Shown here: in pieces, positions 18,131 through 25,812 of the stretch
How the letters are laid out: each line of letters opens with the position of its first letter
Position numbering within the stretch: position 1 is the first letter of the stretch
NCBI RefSeq assembly: GCF_041629635.1
Contig: NZ_JBFKMX010000001.1
Span: 7,863 to 71,862 of the forward strand
DNA length: 64,000 nt
From: Pseudoalteromonas sp.
Lineage (GTDB): Bacteria > Pseudomonadota > Gammaproteobacteria > Enterobacterales > Alteromonadaceae
Direction: 5' to 3'
Program-made: the position numbers and the translations under genes
The notes under the pieces: generated by a model
The model's database searches: none
The model's input: the letters and a program-made list of their open reading frames with translations, nothing else
Told to the model about the DNA's origin: nothing

Positions 18131-20140
18131 ATGGGAAAACTTAGTGCCAATGCTACATTGCAATTACTAGAAGATCTTATTAGCAGTAAAAATGCATTTG
18201 AATTACTGATTAAATTGCAAATAGGCCTTCAGCCTATTGTCAGATTTTCAGAGATCTTGATTTTGACCCAAGATCATTCGCAACTGTGTGCTGTGGCAAG
18301 CACTTACGAACCCTTATCGGGGGCGTGTTTATTTAATAAAGAAGAGCTTTTTGAAAGCGGTTTTGAAGAACAGATATTAGTGGTCAATAACACTGAGTTA
18401 CCAGCAGATTGGCAATTACCAAACACAGGTAATAAAGCGGCTTTAATTCCCATTAATTTTGCTGGGCGGAAAGGTATATATATATTATTTTTGACGGAAG
18501 AGATGGTTGATGATTCACAGGTAAAAAGTAATCTAATGGCTAGTCTTATCGTTTTTCGTCTAGCTTTTTATCAATTAGATCAACAACATCAAACTTCCCA
18601 AATGCTACTCGACCGAACTTTTGCGCTAACGCAGAGCCAGCAACGGTTTCAAGCTTATGCCGAACTTGCTTCTGATTGGTTTTGGGAAACGGATGAAAGC
18701 ATGTGCTTTACCTATCTTTCTTTTACTGAACAAAGTAAACCCAGTAACTTTGAGAACTTTTTATACAAAAGTCCGTTAAATATTCGCAGTGACAGCGAAA
18801 GTACTCAATGTAAAAAGTGGGAACACTTTTTACATCTTGTGCGTAAACATTTAGACATTATTGATTTTGAGTTTGAGGCAATAAACAACCAAGGTCACAC
18901 GGTTTGGATATCAATCAGTGGTAAAGCAAAATTCAATGTGGACAATAGCTTTGCGGGGTATTTGGGCATCGCTAAAGACATCAGTTTCTCTAAGCAGCGT
19001 GAATCAGATTTAAAAATGGCTAAAGAGAAAGCTGAAAGTGCTAACGCTGCAAAATCACATTTTCTTGCTGTTATGTCTCATGAAATTCGTACGCCGATGA
19101 ATGCAATTCTGGGTATATTAGAGTTACTTGAAGACACAGACCCGAATGATAAACAACGCGAGTTAATTGAATTTATGCGTGGCAGTGCCCAGTTGTTGCA
19201 GGGGGTTATCAGTGATACATTGGACTTTGCAAAAATTGAATCAGGCACCCTTGCATTAGAAAGTAGTAATATTAATTTTCATAAGCTAATCAAGAATTTA
19301 GTTCAGCAATTCGAAACCCAAGCGATAAAAAAAGGCATCCATTTTAATGCTATTGTGGGTAATGGTGTACCCGAGCAGATTAATACCGATGGTGTTCGTT
19401 TGTCTCAGGTCTTACTTAATTTGTTGGGAAATGCATTCAAATTTACCTTAACGGGAGAGGTTTGCCTTGCGGTTAATCGCAGTGATACCGAATTGTTGAT
19501 ATCGGTAAAGGACAGCGGCATAGGTATCGAGCAAAGCCAAGTAGATAGTTTGTTTGAACCGTTTTCACAGTTGCATGATAAACAAATTGGTCGACAGCAA
19601 GGAGTTGGTCTTGGTTTAAGTATCACTAAACGCTTGCTTGAATTGATGAATGGGAAAATAGAATGCCACAGTGAAATTGGTGTGGGCACTGAATTTTCTG
19701 TTGCTATTCCATTGCAGTTGGAAGTAACCGATGAAAACCCAGAAGGGTTGGAATCTAAAAATATCAGTACACCGAGTTATCATATTTTGGTCGCTGAAGA
19801 TAACCCAGCAAACCAATTTATCATTAAAGCTATTTTGGAAAAACGCAACCATACAGTGTCACTTGCGGATAATGGTGAGCAAGCTGTTGCCGCAGTTAAA
19901 AAATCGCAATTTGATTTGGTGCTAATGGATATGGTGATGCCTGTAATGGATGGTGTAGTAGCGGCACGCACGATAAGAACAGAACTTGGCAGAATGGCAC
20001 CGCCTATCATCGCGTTGACTGCAAATGCTGGGTTAGCTGACAAAACCAAATGTTTAAATGCGGGCATGTTGGATGTACTGACAAAACCATTAAACAGCGC
20101 TTTGTTAGACGAAAAAATAAGGACCCTTGTCGGGACGTAG
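18131..20140 (+). CDS. Soluble hybrid sensor histidine kinase (GAF-like, PAS, HisKA, HATPase, REC)
   Basis: ELASDWFWETD PAS, MSHEIRTPMN H-box, N/G boxes, AEDNPANQ..LMDMVMP receiver; no TM helix and no Hpt; start moved to ATG 18131 behind GAGG. Confidence 0.9.
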   Translation: MGKLSANATLQLLEDLISSKNAFELLIKLQIGLQPIVRFSEILILTQDHSQLCAVASTYEPLSGACLFNKEELFESGFEEQILVVNNTELPADWQLPNTGNKAALIPINFAGRKGIYILFLTEEMVDDSQVKSNLMASLIVFRLAFYQLDQQHQTSQMLLDRTFALTQSQQRFQAYAELASDWFWETDESMCFTYLSFTEQSKPSNFENFLYKSPLNIRSDSESTQCKKWEHFLHLVRKHLDIIDFEFEAINNQGHTVWISISGKAKFNVDNSFAGYLGIAKDISFSKQRESDLKMAKEKAESANAAKSHFLAVMSHEIRTPMNAILGILELLEDTDPNDKQRELIEFMRGSAQLLQGVISDTLDFAKIESGTLALESSNINFHKLIKNLVQQFETQAIKKGIHFNAIVGNGVPEQINTDGVRLSQVLLNLLGNAFKFTLTGEVCLAVNRSDTELLISVKDSGIGIEQSQVDSLFEPFSQLHDKQIGRQQGVGLGLSITKRLLELMNGKIECHSEIGVGTEFSVAIPLQLEVTDENPEGLESKNISTPSYHILVAEDNPANQFIIKAILEKRNHTVSLADNGEQAVAAVKKSQFDLVLMDMVMPVMDGVVAARTIRTELGRMAPPIIALTANAGLADKTKCLNAGMLDVLTKPLNSALLDEKIRTLVGT

Positions 20141-20238
20141 CATGCACATTAATTAGCTCTGTTAGTGATTGCGTTTAACCTAGCAGAGTAGATCTAAAGC
20201 AAAATCATTTGAACACCCATACCTTAATTTTCATCTAG

Positions 20239-20412
20239 TTATGGTTCAGCATATTCTTCCTTAAGTTGTTGTAAAATGCGTTCTTGCTGTTTAAAGCTAA
20301 AGATCACTTTACGGCGGTAATCGATAGAACGATAGAACAGTTCTAAATCTATAAAGGGTCTCATAGCTTTTAATTTCTGGTCGATTGAAAACTGCTGTTG
20401 AGCGTTACGCAT
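20239..20412 (-). CDS. Unannotated 57-aa protein MRNAQQQFSIDQKLKAMRPFIDLELFYRSIDYRRKVIFSFKQQERILQQLKEEYAEP
   Basis: Translated by hand; ATG 20412, GGAG RBS 7 nt upstream, sigma54 promoter and enhancer boxes upstream; below the 60-aa ORF-track cutoff. Confidence 0.7.
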   Translation of the reverse strand: MRNAQQQFSIDQKLKAMRPFIDLELFYRSIDYRRKVIFSFKQQERILQQLKEEYAEP

Positions 20413-20446
20413 ATCATATCTCCAAATTTGCTCTTCAATTCTCTAA

Positions 20447-20462
20447 AGCAAAATATGACCCA
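20447..20462 (-). promoter_or_regulatory. sigma54 -24/-12 promoter of the 57-aa ORF
   Basis: Minus strand TGGGTC-ATATT-TTGCT, GG-N10-GC. Confidence 0.65.
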
Positions 20463-20512
20463 AATTTAACCTGTTGAATTTCTTTTACTAATATTTTCGT
20501 GAAGGGCTGTAA

Positions 20513-20537
20513 ATTGATTTTGCAATGCAAAATGCAA
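20513..20537. promoter_or_regulatory. Abutting pair of LuxO-type boxes
   Basis: ATTGA-TTT-TGCAA overlapping ATGCA-AAA-TGCAA by 1 nt; centre of the better box about 70 bp upstream of the -24 element. Confidence 0.65.
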
Positions 20538-20863
20538 AAAATTTAAGAGGACATACTAAAAATAAGATAAGTTGATATGCAATTAAAACGTCTAAGTTAA
20601 GCTTGTATTTATATCTATAATAACGATAAAAAGGAATTTATATGCACCATGTGATACAAGTAAAAAGCTTTAACACGCAGAGGTGCTCATTGCGTGACGG
20701 GATGTGTTCAGGGAATAACTGATAGATATAATTTAAGGAATGTTCTTTTTGAGTTTTACTAAGCGAGTTTACATCTTACTGGGGATGAATCTATCTAAAT
20801 ATCTTTCAATAAAAACACTCTAAAGAAGAGGGTACGTTGCACTAGCAAAATCATGATTATAAT

Positions 20864-22070
20864 TGTACTAGCTCAGACTTGATCTGACAGTTACCCGTTT
20901 TTCAATCGGTGACTGTCAGTTTAGATTTGAGCTAAATTCTTTTCTGCCCAAATGCGTTTTCCATCTTCTAATGTTGCCAATGGCGTTCTGCCACAGCACA
21001 TTTTTCCTTGATGAGTTCGGTCATTATTGTAATAAACCATCCATTCGTCCAGATCCTTTTGTAATTCTTCTAACGAGCTATACAGCTTTTTACGGAACGT
21101 TACCTGATAAAACTCATTCAATATCGTCTTATGGAATCGCTCACAGATACCGTTTGTCTGCGGTGACATGGCTTTTGTTTTTGTGTGATCGATATCATTA
21201 ATCGCCAGATATAACTGGTAATCGTGATGCTCGACTTTACCGCAATACTCTGTACCTCTGTCTGTGAGTATTCGCAGCATTGGCAGCTCATGCTGCTCGA
21301 AGTAAGGTAGAGCTCTATCGTTCAGTATGTCCGCTGCTGTAATTGGCTTTTGGTGGTGTAGAGCTTCGCGAATGCTACTTTGCTGTACGTATCAACGAAC
21401 GTTTGCTGGTAGATACGTCCAACACCTTTGAGATTACCCACGTAAAATGTATCTTGTGAGCCAAGGTATCCAGGGTGAGCTGTTTCGATTTCTCCGCAAG
21501 CTTCATCATCGTTTTTCTTTTTCTCAAGCGCTGCGATTTGGCTGTCAGTTAAGATAATGCCTTCGTTAGCTACTTTGTCTTCTAAGGCTTTCAGCCGTTT
21601 CTTTAAGTTCTCTAAGTCATGGCGTAACCATATTGAACGAACACCACTGCCAGATACGAACACACCTTGCTTCCTAAGCTCGTTACTGGTTCTGTGTTGG
21701 CCGTGGGCTGGATAATCCACTGCATACTTGATTACGGCTTGTTCTGTTACTTCATCAACTCTGTTTTTGATGTTTGGCGACCTACGACTTTTATCAATTA
21801 ACGCATCAAGTCCACCATCTTCTACTAGCTCTTGATATCGATAAAATGTGTCTCGTGAAACGCCCATGACTTTACAGGCTTTAGAAACTTTACCTAATTC
21901 TTCAGCAAGATTAAGTAAACCAGTTTTGTGTTTTATAATTGGGTTGTTAGTATGCAACATGAGAGTTACCACCTTTTTGGTTGTTTTGATTTAAGATTCA
22001 GCACCTTTATCAAAACGGGTAACTCTCAATTTTTCAAATCGAAATGTCAGATCAAGTCGAGACTAATTCA
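20864..22070 (-). mobile_element. IS481-family insertion sequence (ISSod13-like), 1207 bp
   Basis: Terminal IRs TGTACTAGCTCAGACTTGATCTGACA (20864-20889) and the reverse complement of 22045-22070 (TGAATTAGTCTCGACTTGATCTGACA); 7-bp direct repeat TTATAAT at 20857-20863 and 22071-22077. Confidence 0.9.
20921..21960 (-). pseudogene. IS481-family transposase with a 1-nt deletion
   Basis: MLHTNNPIIKHKTGLLNLAEELG..., GSQDTFYVG, LTDRGTEYCG, QTNGICERFHKT; frame breaks near 21347 where the expected ACCAAAACGCCA (TKTP) reads ACCAAAAGCCA. Confidence 0.85.
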
Positions 22071-23579
22071 TTATAATGATTCAAAAAACGCGATTTCAAA
22101 CTCTGTGCCTTTGCCTAACTCGCTATTTACAGTCACCTTTGCATTATGCTGTTGTAGAATACTATAAGAAATAGCCAAACCCAGTCCGGTGCCTTCACCT
22201 GGTGCTTTGGTTGTAAAAAATGGGGTGAAAATATCCGCCAAATGCGAAGGGTCAATACCTTCTCCTTGATCTTTTACCGTTACAATTATCTTATTTCGAT
22301 CTTTTTTACTGCTTATTGTAAGTGTACCGCCCTCTGGCATTGCGTGCTTGGCATTTACAAACAGGTTTATAAATACTTGCTGTAATTTCCCTGCGTTGCC
22401 AAGAATACTTGCTTCGGATAGTAGATCTTTAACTACCTGATGTTGATATTTGAATTCGTTACTCACCACATTCAGTGACTTTTCAATCACCAAGTTTAAA
22501 TCAATGCTGTCGAGTTCATCATTGTCCATGCGTGAAAAAGTACTTAAATCAGACACTATGTCTCTTACCCTGATAAGCCCTTGCACGGATGCAGCAAGAA
22601 TATCTTCACTATCTGTTAGTAAAAAATCACCGTCTAGAGTCTGCCAATGGCCCAGCATTTGCTTAACTTTGCTTTGATTGTCTAGGTTGGTATTTGTTAG
22701 TGGTGAAACAATTTCTGAAAAATCATTAAAATAATCTCGCATGGTATCAAGGTTACTTAGGACGAATCCAATGGGGTTATTAATTTCATGTGCTACTCCG
22801 GCAGCTAATTGCCCGAGCGATGCCAACTTTTCTTGTTGCAGTAATTGTTGCTGTGTTTGTTCTAACATTTTATTACTGGTTTCAAGCTCGATTAAGCGCT
22901 CTTGCAGCGTTTCTTCAGCTCGTTTACGTTCAAATGCCACTGCTAACATACTGCGAGAAGATTCCAACGTTTGTAGCTTTACAATATTGATATCTTCTTG
23001 CGATTCGTAAAGTAATATGACAAGGCCAACCGCTTTACCTGACGGTAAATCAAGGGTATAAACAGGAACAATTACGCTATAGACAAAGTGTGCGTTTGCA
23101 TCTTTAGAAATTTCGCTATGCTCAAATATTTGTGATTCGTTTTCATTCAAAACGTGATGATAGAGTTTGTTGTGATTAAGCTGACTCAGTACCTCTTTAA
23201 GGTGCTTTGCTAAAATCTTAGATTCTCGTTCGGACGCTTGGCAATAAGATTGAAATTGATGCAACGAAAGATCCCCATGAATTTCCACAAAAAAATTGTG
23301 TGCAACACTTATAAAATTGTTTGTACGCTCTAGGTAATTTGAAATAATTTTGTGTAAATTGGGTTGTCGCCATGTTTCAGCTAGTAAACCAGTTAAAAAT
23401 TCAAGCTGTTCCTGCTGAGAAGCGATTTCTTGCTTTGTAAGGTTAACCGCTTCTTCTTTCTGGTAGAGCTCTCGAGAAGAGTCTTCAAGTTGCTTTTCGG
23501 CCTCTTTGCGCGCCAAGCGTTCGCGCATTAAAATACGCTCTAGTGCGTCGATTTTGCCCTGGGCGTTAAAATTATTCAT
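22071..23579 (-). CDS. H-NOX-associated sensor histidine kinase
   Basis: N-terminal coiled coil [30 protein letters not shown]-box, [25 protein letters not shown]; overlaps the H-NOX stop codon. Confidence 0.9.
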   Translation of the reverse strand: MNNFNAQGKIDALERILMRERLARKEAEKQLEDSSRELYQKEEAVNLTKQEIASQQEQLEFLTGLLAETWRQPNLHKIISNYLERTNNFISVAHNFFVEIHGDLSLHQFQSYCQASERESKILAKHLKEVLSQLNHNKLYHHVLNENESQIFEHSEISKDANAHFVYSVIVPVYTLDLPSGKAVGLVILLYESQEDINIVKLQTLESSRSMLAVAFERKRAEETLQERLIELETSNKMLEQTQQQLLQQEKLASLGQLAAGVAHEINNPIGFVLSNLDTMRDYFNDFSEIVSPLTNTNLDNQSKVKQMLGHWQTLDGDFLLTDSEDILAASVQGLIRVRDIVSDLSTFSRMDNDELDSIDLNLVIEKSLNVVSNEFKYQHQVVKDLLSEASILGNAGKLQQVFINLFVNAKHAMPEGGTLTISSKKDRNKIIVTVKDQGEGIDPSHLADIFTPFFTTKAPGEGTGLGLAISYSILQQHNAKVTVNSELGKGTEFEIAFFESL

Positions 23580-24117
23580 TAAATGTTATTTCAATTTCAC
23601 AACAATCAGCACCTTGGTGCATACAGCTATTCTGCGAGACAGAGACTGATTCTTTAAAGTGTTTTGCGGCACCAAGGATTAGACCCTCAGACAAAAAACA
23701 AAGCTTACGAGGTGAACGGTAAAGCATGGTTAAGTTATCACCAGAATCTCCTCCGTAGCTAAATTCAGGTAATTGCGCTTCTTTATCAAGCTTTTTAACT
23801 TCAACGTGAATCAGCTCATCTACCATCATTAAAAATGTGCGAAGAGAAGGTGCATTTTGAGCTTCATCAGGTGCCAGAGACATCAATAGTGGGAATAAGT
23901 ACTCACCAAAAGTCCTAACTAGGTCGGGAATGGGAACTTCAAGTTGTTCTGATAAGTAACCGATAATGGCGAAAAGTTCAACGTCTTGGTACTGCTTGGT
24001 TGAGGTATAGATCCCATGCGACTCAAGTGTATTGTTGGTCAGCGCTTCATCCCATAATTGATAACCATGGTTTTCTTCTACAAATTCCTGTAGTGCATTA
24101 AAAATTGCTCCCTTCAT
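23572..24117 (-). CDS. Heme NO/O2-binding (H-NOX/HNOB) protein
   Basis: MKGAIF start, FGEYLF, proximal His in IHVEV, conserved Pro, YRSPR (YxSxR) motif, C-terminal CMHQGADCC. Confidence 0.9.
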   Translation of the reverse strand: MKGAIFNALQEFVEENHGYQLWDEALTNNTLESHGIYTSTKQYQDVELFAIIGYLSEQLEVPIPDLVRTFGEYLFPLLMSLAPDEAQNAPSLRTFLMMVDELIHVEVKKLDKEAQLPEFSYGGDSGDNLTMLYRSPRKLCFLSEGLILGAAKHFKESVSVSQNSCMHQGADCCEIEITFNE

Positions 24118-24224
24118 TTTGTCCTCTTTTTAAGCATAATCAGGTTGATCAATTTAAAAAATAGTGTCACTTTTTAGTTAAGGCAATGTTTTTATAATAA
24201 ATAGCGAAATCGCACAGCTCGGGC

Positions 24225-25517
24225 ATGGTGATGACAGACAAGTTAAAATTAATGATTGTTGATGACGAAGTAGAAGTGCTGAATGCTTTGAAAAGGCTGT
24301 TCAGAAAAGACTATGACGTTGACATTTTTAGTGATCCCGAGCTTGCGGTGAAACAGCTGGTTGATACCACTTACGCGGTAATTGTCTCAGATATGAAAAT
24401 GCCAAAAATGTCGGGCGCACAGCTATTGTCAAAAGCATTTGAAATTTGTCCTGATACTGCGCGCATTTTATTGACGGGCTATTCTGATATTGATTCCACC
24501 GCAATGGCGATAAACCAAGGTAAGATTAACAATTATGTCAGTAAGCCTTGGAGTAACGATGAGCTTAGGAATGTGGTGTTGCAAGCCGCCGAACAGTTTC
24601 AACTAAAGCAATCGGTACAACGGTTAGAAGTTGAATTAAAACTGAAAAACGATTTGTTAAAACAGCAAAATTTAGAACTAGAAAGCAAGGTGGAAGAACG
24701 TACGTTATCGCTTTCTATCCTTAATGAGAAATTGAAATCAGCCAATAACCGTCAACGTAGTTTATTTTATGATGTCATTGAGATGATTAATTTGATCATA
24801 GAAGATACCACTGGTGGCGGAGAAGGGCATGTTAAGCGAGTTGCCAGTCACTGTCGTATGCTTGCAATAGCGATGGGGCTTGAAAAAAACCAAGTAACGC
24901 AAGTGTATTTAGCGGGATTAATGCATGAAATTGGCAAAGTATCACTGACCGATAATTTAGCAAAAAGCATTGAAAATGAGCTTTCTCGAGCCGAGCTAAC
25001 TGAAAAACAAAACCATGCAGTTAAAGGCGCTGAAATATTACAAACAGTACCGCACTTAAAAATGATTGGTACAGCTGTAAAACATCAATATGAACGCTTT
25101 GATGGCAGTGGTGTACCAGACCATCTAATAGGTTCTAATATACCATTAGCTTCTAGGATTTTAACTGTAGTAAACGAATTCGACAAATTGGTACTTGGCC
25201 GTATCAGTACACAAAAACTGTCGCAACCACAAGCCATAGATTTTTTAAAGAAAGAGAGTAAGACCTTTTTTGATCCGGAAATTGTCGACGTATACATCAA
25301 GCTACTTAATAGTGAAATTTCGCTTGAGCATCATAATATAGATTTATGTGTCGGAGTGGAGATGCTAGAACCAGGTATGCACTTAAGCCAAGACCTACTT
25401 AACAAACAAGGTGCAGTGGTACTGACGCAAGGTACTGAGATTACTCCCACAGTGATAGCTAAACTAAAAGCCTATGAAAAAGAATGGCGTTACATTTTTA
25501 ATATCTTCGTGCACTAA
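24225..25517 (+). CDS. Response regulator with degenerate HD-GYP domain
   Basis: REC IVDD..IVSDMKMP..SKPW; output has HEIGK, HQYERFDGSGVP and NEFD instead of HDIGK, HHERxDGxGYP and DxFD. Confidence 0.85.
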   Translation: MVMTDKLKLMIVDDEVEVLNALKRLFRKDYDVDIFSDPELAVKQLVDTTYAVIVSDMKMPKMSGAQLLSKAFEICPDTARILLTGYSDIDSTAMAINQGKINNYVSKPWSNDELRNVVLQAAEQFQLKQSVQRLEVELKLKNDLLKQQNLELESKVEERTLSLSILNEKLKSANNRQRSLFYDVIEMINLIIEDTTGGGEGHVKRVASHCRMLAIAMGLEKNQVTQVYLAGLMHEIGKVSLTDNLAKSIENELSRAELTEKQNHAVKGAEILQTVPHLKMIGTAVKHQYERFDGSGVPDHLIGSNIPLASRILTVVNEFDKLVLGRISTQKLSQPQAIDFLKKESKTFFDPEIVDVYIKLLNSEISLEHHNIDLCVGVEMLEPGMHLSQDLLNKQGAVVLTQGTEITPTVIAKLKAYEKEWRYIFNIFVH

Positions 25518-25550
25518 TGTCTTCTACCACACAATCCTGTTTCGAAATAT

Positions 25551-25584
25551 GTTTAAGTGCCAGTGTAAATATTGGCACTTAAAC
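25551..25584. repeat. Perfect 12-bp inverted repeat, possible terminator
   Basis: GTTTAAGTGCCA-10 nt-TGGCACTTAAAC, 33 bp after the HD-GYP stop; no clear U-tract. Confidence 0.6.
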
Positions 25585-25660
25585 GTGCCTATTTGTTGAA
25601 CTATCGCGTTAGATACATTTTAATTTCTTGTGGTTAACATTTAAATAACCTGGTGTGTCA

Positions 25661-25682
25661 AAATGTGACCAAAAACACACTT
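25661..25682. promoter_or_regulatory. CRP-like binding site upstream of the RND operon
   Basis: AAATGTGA-CCAAAA-ACACA, 1 mismatch to TGTGA-N6-TCACA. Confidence 0.55.
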
Positions 25683-25812
25683 TCTTACCGAAAACAGGCG
25701 ATTTGCAGCCCATCCTATTTCTTTGAGCGTTAAACTATTTCTCACTTTCTTGCGACTAATTTCTAACTATAGTCAAGCACGTTGTTTGCGAAAAAATAAA
25801 ATAGGGAACGCA

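Noticed and set aside
20160-20168. TGTTAGTGA matches part of the Qrr sRNA seed region
   Set aside because: Only 9 nt, with no promoter, flanking Qrr stems or terminator; no Qrr gene can be supported in this window.
21340-21355. Programmed frameshift joining the two transposase ORFs
   Set aside because: IS481 transposases are single ORFs; restoring one base gives the expected TKTPITAAD, and there is no convincing slippery site.
25573-25590. TGGCAC suggesting a sigma54 promoter
   Set aside because: GC is one base too far (N11); the hexamer is an arm of the 12-bp inverted repeat.
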